From Carpediemonas membranifera BICM (taxonomy: Eukaryota; Protista; Fornicata), in NCBI GenBank assembly GCA_019828565.1, contig JAHDYR010000047.1, positions 5,541 to 69,540 of the forward strand: a DNA stretch of 64,000 nt. The letters are read 5' to 3'. Numbering within the stretch: the first letter of the stretch is position 1; the number at the start of each line of letters is the position of its first letter. A model generated the notes under the pieces. That model was not told where the DNA came from. It saw only the letters and a list, made by a program, of their open reading frames with translations, and ran no database searches. Shown here piece by piece: positions 40,301-51,500 of the stretch. The position numbers were made by a program, and so were the translations under genes.

Positions 40301-42298
40301 TCACCGCTTCTTTTCCTTCTTGGCGCGCTTCAAACTCTTATAGTCGTCCATCAGATCGTCCAGGTCCTCCTTACTCATCGTCTGACCCCGCTGAACCTTC
40401 CTATCCTCTCGCTTCGTCTTCACCGCCTTCAACCGCTCCGCCTCGGCCTTCTTCTTCGCAGCTTCCTGCTCTGCCCTCCTTTGCTTGGCCTCAGTCACCT
40501 TCTCGAGCCTCGCCTTCTCCTTGCCAGGGTCCAGATACGGGATCTCCCCCACGTTCATGCTCTCTTTGACGAACCAGACGTAGGTCGTCTTATACTCGTC
40601 TAATCTGTGGGGGAGTGCGATCATGCCCATGCCTGTGGCCACACCGCCAATGTCTAGCTTGTTCTTCTCGAAGATATAGCCCAGGAAATGGTGGGTGTAG
40701 CCTGATAAATACATTTTGAACGCTTCAGATTGGATATCGTAAAAATCTCGATCAGACCTCGCGATACTCCGAATCGCCTCCATCACAGGGTGGTTCCTGG
40801 CCTGCGAGTGCTTCTCCTTGAGAGCCGTCTCCTTAGCGACGAGAACATCAACCTTAGCCTGCACTGCCGCGGCCTCCTTCTCCTTGACTCGAACCCCCTT
40901 GTCCTTTTGTCTCTTGACAGTCTTAGCTTCCTTGATGGCCTTTCCGACAGTCTTCGCAAGCCTGTGCTTCAAGTCATAGTCATCCTCGGTCAGCGGCACT
41001 TCAGGTGTGAGTATAGTGCCCTTGGTGTCGACCGGCCACCACTCATCGGCCTGTTCTAGAGGCTGCAGGGTTACGTGCTCTGTTTGTGTCAGATACGCGA
41101 GGTATGCATCGGCTGTGGCGGGGTCAACGAGGGTGATGTTCTCACCAGCCCGGCCAGCTCTTCCAGACCTGCCGACGCGGTGGATGAACGTCTCCTTCTG
41201 TGTGGGCGGGTCGAATTGGATAACGGTGGTGACGTCGGTGAAGTCAATGCCACGAGCAACTACATCTGACGCTACTAGAACCTTTGCACCGCTTCCTGAC
41301 TGAGAAAAAGACTCAATCACAGCATGACGCTCGCCCTGCTTGAACTTACCGTGGATAAATTGGAGAGTCGGGTCTGGTCTACCGCTGCCCTTGGCCGAGT
41401 AGAACTGGGCAATCGAGGGGTGGGTGAGGCATTGCTCGAGGTACCGAATCATCTTACGCTGGTTCACAAAGACAATCGCCTTGTCGCCACGCACAGCGGC
41501 TCTTCTGATAAGGCCGAGCAGACGTACAACCTTGTATCGGTGGTCTACGACGATGTATTTGTTCTCCAGGGCCGATGGAAGAGGTCCATCCTCGCGTGTC
41601 AGTCGAATCGTCGCGCGTGTGCGGCCCTCTGATCCCAGGACAAGATCGACCACGTCTGGGGGCGGTGCAGTAGCGCTAAACATGCCTGTGACTCTCTGCT
41701 TCGGCAGCAGACCGACGATTTCCCTGACTTGCTGTGACATGTCCATGGCCATCGCCTTGTGTGACTGTACGCCTCCATATGTTAGCAGACGGTCGCACTC
41801 ATCCAGGATAAGGTACTGGAACCCTTTGAGTGCAATGGGGAGGGTGTGTTCCATCTTGAGGCGGGACATCAGGTCTGAGTGGAGGCGGCCGGGCGTGCCC
41901 ACGATTACAGCGGGGGCAGACGGATCCTTAGCCCAGCGGTCTATGGCTTTGTCCTGGGAGTGGTCTGCTCCGAGCACCAGGAGGGGCGTGGCGGAAAGGT
42001 CGGGGTGGTAGGCAAGGAGGCTTACGAGAACACTGTGGACTTGAATGGCAAGGTCTCTGGTGGGTAGGACAATGAGAGATAGAAGCCCTGTTAGCGTCTT
42101 TTGCTTGTGCAGAAGCTCAATGAGCGGGATAAGGAAGGATAGCGTCTTTCCGCTGCCGGTCTCCGATTCCACAGAAACGCTTGTGCTGTTGACGACGTAG
42201 GGAATCACAACATTCTGCACTGGTGTTGGGATAGCAAATTCTTGGTCAGCAAGGAACCGCTGAGTTCCTTCATGGAGTTCTGGCCACTCGAGCTTCAT
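40301..42298 (-). CDS. DEAD-box helicase DDX55/Spb4-like
   Basis: SETGSGKT, DECDRLL, LLPKQRVTGMFSAT, HRVGRSGRAG, C-terminal AF..Y...Y..H...YIF..LD. Confidence 0.8.
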   Translation of the reverse strand: MKLEWPELHEGTQRFLADQEFAIPTPVQNVVIPYVVNSTSVSVESETGSGKTLSFLIPLIELLHKQKTLTGLLSLIVLPTRDLAIQVHSVLVSLLAYHPDLSATPLLVLGADHSQDKAIDRWAKDPSAPAVIVGTPGRLHSDLMSRLKMEHTLPIALKGFQYLILDECDRLLTYGGVQSHKAMAMDMSQQVREIVGLLPKQRVTGMFSATAPPPDVVDLVLGSEGRTRATIRLTREDGPLPSALENKYIVVDHRYKVVRLLGLIRRAAVRGDKAIVFVNQRKMIRYLEQCLTHPSIAQFYSAKGSGRPDPTLQFIHGKFKQGERHAVIESFSQSGSGAKVLVASDVVARGIDFTDVTTVIQFDPPTQKETFIHRVGRSGRAGRAGENITLVDPATADAYLAYLTQTEHVTLQPLEQADEWWPVDTKGTILTPEVPLTEDDYDLKHRLAKTVGKAIKEAKTVKRQKDKGVRVKEKEAAAVQAKVDVLVAKETALKEKHSQARNHPVMEAIRSIARSDRDFYDIQSEAFKMYLSGYTHHFLGYIFEKNKLDIGGVATGMGMIALPHRLDEYKTTYVWFVKESMNVGEIPYLDPGKEKARLEKVTEAKQRRAEQEAAKKKAEAERLKAVKTKREDRKVQRGQTMSKEDLDDLMDDYKSLKRAKKEKKR

Positions 42299-42447
42299 CG
42301 GTGCAGATTATGGCACAAGCTTTTTTACGTCGAAAAGACAGTCTGGCCGGGAAAGGTGGGCAGTATGGAACGCCCCGGGATTCGTCTCGCCTTTCTGAGC
42401 ATTTCGCGGATTAAGGACTTTTCGTTATTCGGGAATTGAACATAACG

Positions 42448-43218
42448 ATGGCAAGCAGGCCGCCGCCGCCGAAGAAGCCGCTCACTTCATACTTTATATA
42501 CGTTGGCGAGAACCGCGCTACCGTGAAGAGCGAGTTCCCCGCGCTTAAGCACACGGAAATCCAGTCCAAGCTCACAGAGAAGTGGAACGCCTTGACGGAT
42601 GAGGAGAAGACGCCATATGTTGAGAAGCAGAAGGAGCTTAAAGCAGAATACGAGCGTGCGATCGCCGAATACACCACCCAGTATCCCAATTGGCGCGAAG
42701 AAGAAAAAGCCATCAGGCTCGCCGCCAAGGAGGCTAAGGCGGTCAAGGCCGCGAAGAAGGCGACTGGAGCCATACAGAAGCGGGGCAAGAAGGGCAAGAC
42801 TTCCAAGAAGCAGGTGGAGCAGATCTCTGGGTTCGTCGGGTTCACTCTCTTCCAATTTGCGATGAGACGGAAAATCATGGACGAAACTGGCATCGAGCTG
42901 CTCGCCAATGAGGGTAATGCGAAGATTAGTCGTCTCTGGAACGAGCTATCGACCGAGGAAAAGACGAAGTGGCAGGAAAAGAGCCGTCTCGTGAACAAGG
43001 CCCAGGAGGAGGAGGCCGCACGGGAGGCCAAGGCTAAGAGCGACGCCGAGGCCGCGGCAGAGGGCGAGCAGGAGGAGGAAGCGAACCCTGCGGGAGAAGA
43101 GGACGTTCCTATGGCAGGTACTGACGAGACCCTCAACGAAGAGGAGGAGGAAGAGGATATGGAGCTCGGGTCGCCCACAGGGGAGTTCGCGAAGGAGGAT
43201 GATGACGAGGCCGAGTAA
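42448..43218 (+). CDS. HMG-box protein with acidic tail
   Basis: PKKPLTSYFIY..KWNALTDEEKTPY plus a second, degenerate box. Confidence 0.88.
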   Translation: MASRPPPPKKPLTSYFIYVGENRATVKSEFPALKHTEIQSKLTEKWNALTDEEKTPYVEKQKELKAEYERAIAEYTTQYPNWREEEKAIRLAAKEAKAVKAAKKATGAIQKRGKKGKTSKKQVEQISGFVGFTLFQFAMRRKIMDETGIELLANEGNAKISRLWNELSTEEKTKWQEKSRLVNKAQEEEAAREAKAKSDAEAAAEGEQEEEANPAGEEDVPMAGTDETLNEEEEEEDMELGSPTGEFAKEDDDEAE

Positions 43219-43430
43219 AGTAGCAGTGTAACAGCATGTATTCTTGCGATTCGCCTGTCATCCAACCTGGCTGGTTTAACGGTGTGGAGCTTCGATTAGA
43301 AGTACGGATATGCGGCATAAATCGACCTCATGTCTACCTGAGCCGGGTTGGGTGGCTGATTAAGTCAGACTGGGCGAAAAGATAACGCGATTTGTTTCAG
43401 TTGAGAATTCTTCGTTGTTCCCTCAAAACG

Positions 43431-46400
43431 ATGGTTGCGGATGCTACCTTGCATTCGCTCGATTCTATAGCCATCATGCTTGGCGGTGCCTTTGGATTCG
43501 TGCCGAACCTTCTCTTCCTTCTCCTACTGTTCGTGAAGACGAAAGAACAGCAGCTCAGCTTCCCAATGACCATTGTTCGATCAACATTCATGCTGAACAC
43601 GTTCATATGTACCCTTTACTTTCTCACCTTTGTTAATTTCCTCCCCTTTCTCTCCTCTCTTGCCCCGTTCTTAGCGTATTGCTACGAAGTCGTCCTCCTC
43701 GCTCGCTTCCAGCTCCAAATCGTGCTCCTCGTCACCATATGGATCATGGCCATCCAGATCAGGTCCGATTACTCACGCCTCATGATACACAGGCATGTCC
43801 TTCGATCATCCTTGCTCATTGGTGCTCTCATCACGTGTGCGGTATCCCTCGTGCCCTTCATCCACAAGGCGTACGGCGGCGGAAGCTACCCGTTTAACTG
43901 GCTTAGCGGCACTCTGTCTGTCCAGGTCGCCTTCGGCATCGCCCCCACCGTCGCGTTCTTCGTTGTGGCATCTCTTCTCGTATTCTCGGTCGACAGGTCT
44001 GTATCGGCAACACAGGAGGACGCCAGACGACGCTACGGTATGCAGGTATCAGCGAAAGACCGGCACCTTCTAGAGCTTGTATCCCTCCACAAGCACGTCC
44101 GCCGCCACTTCTTCAGCAGCATCGTCAGCATGTCGCCCCTGGTCTTCATTCACGTATGCGTTCTCCTCCGCAACACCCACACCAGTCTACGAGGGGTACT
44201 TTGGGCACTCCAGTTTACTGGTACACTGCTATTGAGCTGTAACAGCTTCATGTCTGTCTTATCATACATCACTGCCCCCGAAGTCATCTCTAGGATAGAG
44301 GTTGTGGCCCGTTGGTTCGGCAAGGACGGCACCAGGGCCGAGATTTACGTCCACGGGGCGACCACCGTTTATGAGAAGTTTACCCGCACCCCGAGGATAG
44401 TAACTCTCCTACTAGCAGCATTCATGCTCCCGATATGGTCGACAGCAGCGTGTGTCATGGTGATCTTCGCTCTCTTCCCCGTGCTTGTGCTCCAAGATAC
44501 GTCGAAGACCCTCGGGAGGAACTTTACACTGGTCTTAGTTTGGGCCCACTCATTGTATCTCGTGTGGACGGTCATATACGTTTTCCTCACCGACTATGGG
44601 ATGCGTGCTGCGATACCGTATGGCATAGCCATCTCCCTCGTCGTTGTCGTAGCCATATTCGTAGCAACGGTGGCCACTGCTGTTGCAACGAAAGACCCTG
44701 TCCGTGTCACCATCCGCTCGCCCTCCTTTACAGCTAGGCTCACCTTCTGGAACCTGTTCACGGTTGTCCAGCTCGTGCTCGAGGTGCTCCAACTAACAGC
44801 TTTCCCCGTACTTGCTTCCGATGTCTGGGCGGAGTGGCTCCACGTGTTCTTTCGTATAGTCATGCTGCAGTTCCAATACCAGATATCCTTCATCATTGGC
44901 ATGGCCATCGTCTCTCTTTGGCTCTTCCTTGTCTCCCTGCCCCGCACTATAGAGCTTCTTACCAGCAGACGACGGTACAGCGGTTGGCTCAGACGAAACC
45001 CCATTATCCACGTCGTCCTGGAGATGCTGAGCAATCCACTCTATTATATTGTCATGCGCGTCATCTTCTCCTCCTGGAAGTGCAGCGGTGGTCACCTGGA
45101 TTCTGATACATCCATCGCCTGTCTATCTGACACTCACACCAAGTATCTGTCACTATCTCTCTTTGCGTTTGCTGTGTATTTCCCGACAACGACGCTCTCG
45201 CCCACAGGTACTGACCCAGATCGATTTAACAAATCTCTCGATCTTAGAACGATGCCCTTGTTCTCAATGGCCAAAAACATCACAGTTGCTGTAATCTCCG
45301 CGGCAAACGCGGTCAGCAGCGAGCTCTGCATGTGGGCTTCGTGCGGTGGAAGTTTAGTCCTCTTAGCGCTCAATATTTGGCTACAACCGTCCAATATTTT
45401 CTCCACGAATCTATTCAGGTCCATCATTTACTTGTTAGGCGCCATATCATCAGTAATTACCCTTCTCTCCCACTACACATCGATACTCCTGCCAGACGTG
45501 AAGACACCAATCTCTCTCGTCCTCCAGATTCTTCTCCCGGCCATTTACGTGACCCTGCCCGTTGTAGCCATCTTGGTCCACGCGTTTACTGAACCTAGGC
45601 GTCGTATTGCTCCGCCAAGCATGGATGCGGTCACTTTTGAGAAGGAGCGCGAGGCCCGAGAAGCCATGAATGAGCTCTCCAAGTTCGCCAACACGAAATC
45701 TGACACAACTCTGCGGACTAGGTCAAACAGCGACCTTGAGTCCGCTAGACCGGTCAATGTGGCGTTCCAGAGTGCACGAAGGACTTTACGAGACCCTGAG
45801 GTCATTGCTTCAGCCATAGTGAAGCCGATGGTGAGGAACCGTGTATACATTGAGAGGCTGTACAGGCATATTGTCGTTGAGACGCCCTTTCAGCTACAGG
45901 CGATGGCTGCGTTGACCCGTACCGCTGACGTGAGGAAAGATTCGAGCGGCCTGCTTGCCCACAAGGTAGCCCTGACAAGCGTGGTTGAGCTCCTCCCCGC
46001 GATTGTCGAGAACCGCACGTGGGAGATGGCACTCGCCTCTTCAGAGCTTCTCGATAAGCTTGCTACCCATGATATTCTTCATCTCATTGTCGTCAAGCAG
46101 GGCGCTATACGAGCGATAGGCGCCTTCCTTTCCCACGGAGGGCCCATCCATATCAGGATCCACGCCACCACAGCGCTCGGACGGCTGATCTCCAAGGACA
46201 TCGACGTGCTCCTACACGCCCACCGAGAGGAGCTCCCCAAGCTCGTCATCCAGAACATAGACACCGAAGCCATCAAGAAGGGGGCAGACATACCTGGTAT
46301 CATGGAGGTTCCAAGCAGCGCAGCTTTGCCCAAGGCTGACTCGCCCGCCTCACCGCAGGCATCGACACCGCAAACCAGGTCCGCGGGGACGATCAAGGGC

Positions 46401-47534
46401 ACCATGAGCGGTAAGGCCACGCCGAGGTCACTGGAGGTGCCCATGACAATTCCAGAGCTCGAGCCAAGTACGATCATGTCCCAATCAACTGATGACAGTG
46501 CAGTTTATGACACTGAATACGATGACGGGTATGACAGCTACGACGAGTTTGAGTCCTCCTCCTCCATTGATCCGACACGTGGTTCGATGCCCACGCTCAA
46601 CATTCCCGTCGTCACTGTTCGTTCAGTTACCACCGAACGCCGCGACTCGCTCAACACGGCCCCCAAGCTCACTCCAAGGTTCAACACAGCGCGTCTGCCT
46701 ACGCTGAACAACATCCCCAGCTCGGCCTCGCTCTCTGGCTCATCTGGCTCTGATTATGATGAGACGCTCGACACGGCCGAGACTACGCTTGCCTTTGAAC
46801 TGGCCGTGCGCTCAGTCCACTGCCTTGGCGAGTTGGCCAAGCACGGCGATGATCTCGACTGGAACAGTGCTGGGTCTGAAAGCCCGCTGTGGTCCCTCAT
46901 CGACGACAACTGCATCGTTGACGTTGTATTGGAGTACGCAGCCGCTACATGCCGCGCTCTTCGCGAGGCATCCGTGTTTCTTCTTGCTCAGCTCCTCTCC
47001 TGCGTTTCCGGCCGCGAGATCGTGCTCCAAGAGGGCGATACCCTCGTTGCTTCCCTGTTGAGCGCAGCTTCTGTCATTGACAAGAAAGACTATGATTTCT
47101 TCCCCATCCAACGATCTTTCTGCATGTGTCTGTCTGGCGCTGCAACTGCTGATAACTCTCTCGGCGTGGCCCTTGCTACAGCACGTAGTGACCGCATTTC
47201 TTACCTCGTTGTCTTGTTCTGCGCCTCCCCCGCCGTCACCGTCCAGCTCGCAGCTGTCGCAGCGGTCACATCTCTGGCCAAGTGCTCAGATCGCGTTGTT
47301 TCGTCCCTCGTCTCTGTTGGCGCTCTCGACACACTTTCGATGCTTCTATCTGGGGAAAACGGACGCGTGCGGGAGTTGGCGTCGGATGCCCTCATCGCCA
47401 TTCATTCCCACGGCAGTGTCGCCGTGCGCCGCTCGATGGCTGCCCGAGGCGTGGTGGATCGGCTACGAGAGGAGCATATTCTCGACGGTAGCCTCTTTAC
47501 CACAAGCTTCGAGGATGACTGTGATTTACGTTGA
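43431..47534 (+). CDS. Large multipass membrane protein (7TM-like N-terminus, further TM block, ARM-like repeats)
   Basis: Hydrophobicity pattern; ARM-like helical repeats in the C-terminal third. Confidence 0.7.
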   Translation: MVADATLHSLDSIAIMLGGAFGFVPNLLFLLLLFVKTKEQQLSFPMTIVRSTFMLNTFICTLYFLTFVNFLPFLSSLAPFLAYCYEVVLLARFQLQIVLLVTIWIMAIQIRSDYSRLMIHRHVLRSSLLIGALITCAVSLVPFIHKAYGGGSYPFNWLSGTLSVQVAFGIAPTVAFFVVASLLVFSVDRSVSATQEDARRRYGMQVSAKDRHLLELVSLHKHVRRHFFSSIVSMSPLVFIHVCVLLRNTHTSLRGVLWALQFTGTLLLSCNSFMSVLSYITAPEVISRIEVVARWFGKDGTRAEIYVHGATTVYEKFTRTPRIVTLLLAAFMLPIWSTAACVMVIFALFPVLVLQDTSKTLGRNFTLVLVWAHSLYLVWTVIYVFLTDYGMRAAIPYGIAISLVVVVAIFVATVATAVATKDPVRVTIRSPSFTARLTFWNLFTVVQLVLEVLQLTAFPVLASDVWAEWLHVFFRIVMLQFQYQISFIIGMAIVSLWLFLVSLPRTIELLTSRRRYSGWLRRNPIIHVVLEMLSNPLYYIVMRVIFSSWKCSGGHLDSDTSIACLSDTHTKYLSLSLFAFAVYFPTTTLSPTGTDPDRFNKSLDLRTMPLFSMAKNITVAVISAANAVSSELCMWASCGGSLVLLALNIWLQPSNIFSTNLFRSIIYLLGAISSVITLLSHYTSILLPDVKTPISLVLQILLPAIYVTLPVVAILVHAFTEPRRRIAPPSMDAVTFEKEREAREAMNELSKFANTKSDTTLRTRSNSDLESARPVNVAFQSARRTLRDPEVIASAIVKPMVRNRVYIERLYRHIVVETPFQLQAMAALTRTADVRKDSSGLLAHKVALTSVVELLPAIVENRTWEMALASSELLDKLATHDILHLIVVKQGAIRAIGAFLSHGGPIHIRIHATTALGRLISKDIDVLLHAHREELPKLVIQNIDTEAIKKGADIPGIMEVPSSAALPKADSPASPQASTPQTRSAGTIKGTMSGKATPRSLEVPMTIPELEPSTIMSQSTDDSAVYDTEYDDGYDSYDEFESSSSIDPTRGSMPTLNIPVVTVRSVTTERRDSLNTAPKLTPRFNTARLPTLNNIPSSASLSGSSGSDYDETLDTAETTLAFELAVRSVHCLGELAKHGDDLDWNSAGSESPLWSLIDDNCIVDVVLEYAAATCRALREASVFLLAQLLSCVSGREIVLQEGDTLVASLLSAASVIDKKDYDFFPIQRSFCMCLSGAATADNSLGVALATARSDRISYLVVLFCASPAVTVQLAAVAAVTSLAKCSDRVVSSLVSVGALDTLSMLLSGENGRVRELASDALIAIHSHGSVAVRRSMAARGVVDRLREEHILDGSLFTTSFEDDCDLR

Positions 47535-47609
47535 ATATATCGATACCATGTATATCTCTCGCGATAAACATCTTATTGGAGTGATTTCTTTATCCGCGAA
47601 GTCTGATGT

Positions 47610-48341
47610 CTACTTGGCCACGCCCTCTGCGACATAGAGTACCGTCAGCCCACCCAGCACCGCCTTCAGACAGTGGGCGACCGCGTTTTCCTCCTCAAAC
47701 TTGCAGGGACAACGCACCTTGTGTGTTTTCCCCGGCTCTGGTCTGAGTATCGCTTTTGTCGTTACGGAAAGCGTGGGCATCGATGGGCATAGGGGCGAAG
47801 GGTCAATATCAGTTGCTGTGCGTACCATGCCCTCCTCAATGGTAAGACAAGGCACTGTGGCAGTAGATAGGGCGGTGTGGATGGAGTGAAGAGCGGTGGC
47901 AAGGAGGCTGCCGTCGTTTGAAAGGACAGTGAGGTCGAGCTTCAAACGAACGAGGAGACAAGTGTCATCTACGGTCCTAGTGAGTTCAATTCCGCCTTCA
48001 GTAGCCATAGTACGCGCTGTGCCGCGGATACGGGTCAGCATGAGGGCGTTTTGGGCAGCAATAGGGTGAAGCTGGGAGGAAGAAAGAATAAGCTCGCCCT
48101 CCTCGTCGATCTCAGAGATTCCAACTTCATAATGCACTACTGTGGAGACAACAGTTCCTCCAATACGTACTACAGCACTCCCAATGCCGCCTAACGAGTT
48201 AGTGGAGGAAATCTGCACTTCATGCTCTTCTGTGAGACTCTTGCGGCCATCTGGCCTGCAATAATCACTGTATTTTCCATCCAGGAGCTGCTTAAGATAC
48301 TCCTGGGGGTCCACAACCTTCAGCACCTCCGCCTCGAGCAT
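47610..48341 (-). CDS. Exosome RNase PH-like subunit (Rrp43/Rrp42 type)
   Basis: RPDGR, GSAVVRIGGT, LDLTVLSNDGSL. Confidence 0.75.
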   Translation of the reverse strand: MLEAEVLKVVDPQEYLKQLLDGKYSDYCRPDGRKSLTEEHEVQISSTNSLGGIGSAVVRIGGTVVSTVVHYEVGISEIDEEGELILSSSQLHPIAAQNALMLTRIRGTARTMATEGGIELTRTVDDTCLLVRLKLDLTVLSNDGSLLATALHSIHTALSTATVPCLTIEEGMVRTATDIDPSPLCPSMPTLSVTTKAILRPEPGKTHKVRCPCKFEEENAVAHCLKAVLGGLTVLYVAEGVAK

Positions 48342-48515
48342 TGAGTGCAGAATAAGAACTGTCTCGCATTGAGTGGCGTAAAGCGGCATACAAAGTCATA
48401 CGATGATACAGATCAGATTTCCTTCATTTTCACGTCCAGCCGGCATGCGTAACCTCAAAGATTTCGATGACGCAGTATAACCCAAATTTCTCGGCACAAG
48501 AAGCGGACGCGAGCA

Positions 48516-51500
48516 ATGGACGCAGAAAATGCAGCAATGCTGCACTACGTTGCTGGCTGTAAGCCATCAAGTTTATTTGCCCTGAACGATGCCGTTGGTG
48601 TCGTCACCAACAGCGCAATTACCATACACAAGCTCCTAACTAACCATGGAGGTCAGAACAACAAGAGCAACGATAAGAACATCGTGTGTCACCGAGTATT
48701 GTCCTATGTCGTCAACGACACAGAGACGAGCTCGATCTTTGTTGGCCACGAGGACGCTGACGGCTCCTGCCGCATTACCCAACACCACACAGGCATTCAC
48801 ATCCGCGAGGGTGTCCACATAGACACTGGAATGCGTCGTCCGATCCACCTATCCTTGACGTCGTCTCCTGACGGCCAGATCATCTACCTCCTCGCTCTCT
48901 TCGACGTCGACGGCCTCGTCTCCAGCTGCGAGACAGTAGTGCTCTACACCATCGCCCCCGACGAGGAGACTGGCATGCCTACTGTCATGGAGGTCGCCCA
49001 CCTCGACCTCCCCGAAGCTCCACTCAGCCTGGACGTGCTCAACCCGGACCCGAGTGCCCCGCTGTCCAAGTTCGCGGGCATCCACATCTGCCCAGTCGAC
49101 CCTAACTGGGGAGTTATCGTCAGCTCCACCGAGCTTCTCGTTCTCCAGAAGCGGCGTCTGGCAGACATCGAGGACACGTTCGAAGTCCACTCAATCATTG
49201 CCACTGAGGGCGAGACTTTCACTGGTGTCGGAGCTTACGTAGCAAACGGGTACGGCTTCGTTGCTGCCACGTCCACCGGCCTGGCGTACGCCACAGCAGG
49301 CATGGGACCCCGTCGACGCTCCGGTGAGTCCCGCCAGACCAAGTCGAGCGCTACTAAGTCGCGCAAGAGCTCGAGAAAGGCCACAAAGCACGCAGTGGCT
49401 AAGCAGGAGACGGCAGTGGCGGAGTTCAAGCCGACGCTCACGGTAATCGAGACTACTGAGGGCACAGCGCCCGTAGACATTGTGTGCCCTGGTAACGTGC
49501 TCGTTGTCTACCCCAACCGAGTCGTCCAGTACGCCATCCACGCCGCTCACGACACAGCAGAGCTCACTGGGGCGTCTCGTTTCTCCAGCATCGACGTCAC
49601 GGCGCTCGCTGACTCACCCGATTGTGTGCTCGAGGCTATCACTGCCCCGGCCACTCTGTCACCCATCGATAGACGCCATATCGTATCTGTATATTGCCCC
49701 AAGACCAACATGGTCGCCTTTGCATCCGTTGATGCTGACAACGTCCAGGCCGAGGTAGCTGACCGCATCCAGGCCCGCATTCCAGTGGGAATCCCAGTAG
49801 ATTCTGACATCATCAGATTCCCTGACGGGGCGACCGGCACGCGACACCCCGAGCTCCACGTCACTGTCTGGCAAACGGGTCTCCTCTCAGCCTTTGACAC
49901 TGTCTCTGGCCACTATTCCCTCATCGAACCCCTCGTCGACTCGACCGACACACCCATCCGTCCCACGTGTATGGCTGTGTGTCCTGCCGTCAACGGTGTC
50001 GCTATAGGCGACGACACCGGCATTGTCCGTATCTACCACTTCCGGACAGCCGAGCCCGATGAGCCAGGGACTAGGGTCAACCTGGCCTTTGCCCAGCGAA
50101 TGTTCGACGGCCCGGTCGCTTCCTTGTCCTGCTCTGTAGACGGCTTCTTCCTCGCGGCTACGACGAAATCTAGTCCGCATGTGGCGTTCATCAAGTTCAT
50201 CGCGGACCCCAAGGAGCCCCCTAGCCTGCAGTACGCCCGCTTCGTCGGCCTGGCCCAGTTCAGTGTCGCTGATGAGCCCGCGTCCACCCCCTCCCTTCAA
50301 TGGGCGATGGGCAAGCGGCGTGTGGGCGATCGTGCCTTCGAATGGCGCCGCTTCCTCTACGTAGGTGTGACCAACACGACCATATGGCGACTACAGGTCC
50401 AAGACGACCTGCACGCGGGGTCTGACGGGTTTACTATCAGTGTCACCGAGATCACCAGGACCGAACTCCGCACGGGGGCGCCGTTCACTGCCTTTGCAGT
50501 CGCCCCCAAGTGCACCACGTCTCCTGGAGACAACGGGGCCAAGGTGGTCGACCCCGATGAAGTTTACGTGTTACATGCCGACTCTCTTGCTGTATATAAC
50601 TTCGCCACGGTTCATACTGGGACCAGTCTGTTTGAGACCCGCAATGCCCCAACCGAGGCCGTCCGTACCGAGCCCTTGCCTGCCCCACCGTCGACACTGT
50701 GCGTGCTTCCCCGCATCGAGGGCACTATCATCGCCATTGGTCTGTCCTCAGGCGCTGTCGCCCTTGTTGTCGGCAACCAGCACGCTGTCGAAATCTCCGG
50801 GTCCCACTGCGCCACTTGCGGCGCCGTGCAGGCTGTAGCTATCAACACCGCGAGGGAGAACGAACATTCGTCCCTCAACTACCTCATAAGCACCGGCGCC
50901 GACGGTGTCATCCTCGTCCGTACCATGGACGAGCTCCTCCTGAGATTTGATTCAATCAACAGCACCCACTGCGCCTCCTCCATGGCCGCCTCATTCCACG
51001 TGATGCACGACGACAACCAGCTTGGTCAGCTCGCGGTCGACGCCCAACCCGCTCCTGAATTTATTCAGGAGTCGGCTGAGTTGATCTCGCCAGCAAAGGA
51101 GTTTGAGCTTGGACGGATGAGCGCTACTCGTGAGGCCCATGAGAGAATGGCTAATGAGCTGAGGCAGGAGGTTGGTGAGATCCGTGTGGCTGTTGAGGCC
51201 CTGATTGAAGAGAACACCGCTCGCGAGGAGATGGATCGGGTCGACCTGGACAAGTTTACTATCGACGTTGAACTGGCCAAGAGCATCGAGCACGACAACG
51301 CCAAGGCCGTCGCAACAACCCACGACGAGTGCGAAGCCTGGGTGAATGTCCGCGCGGCTATCACCTCTGCCATCCACGCTGACACGGTCGGCACCCACGT
51401 TCCTGTCGACCACGCCACCGAGGTTACTGGCCTAGCCGCCCCCGTAGCTGTCGAATCATTTACCCTTCCCAAGTGGGACAAGACCCGGGAGGCACAGGTA

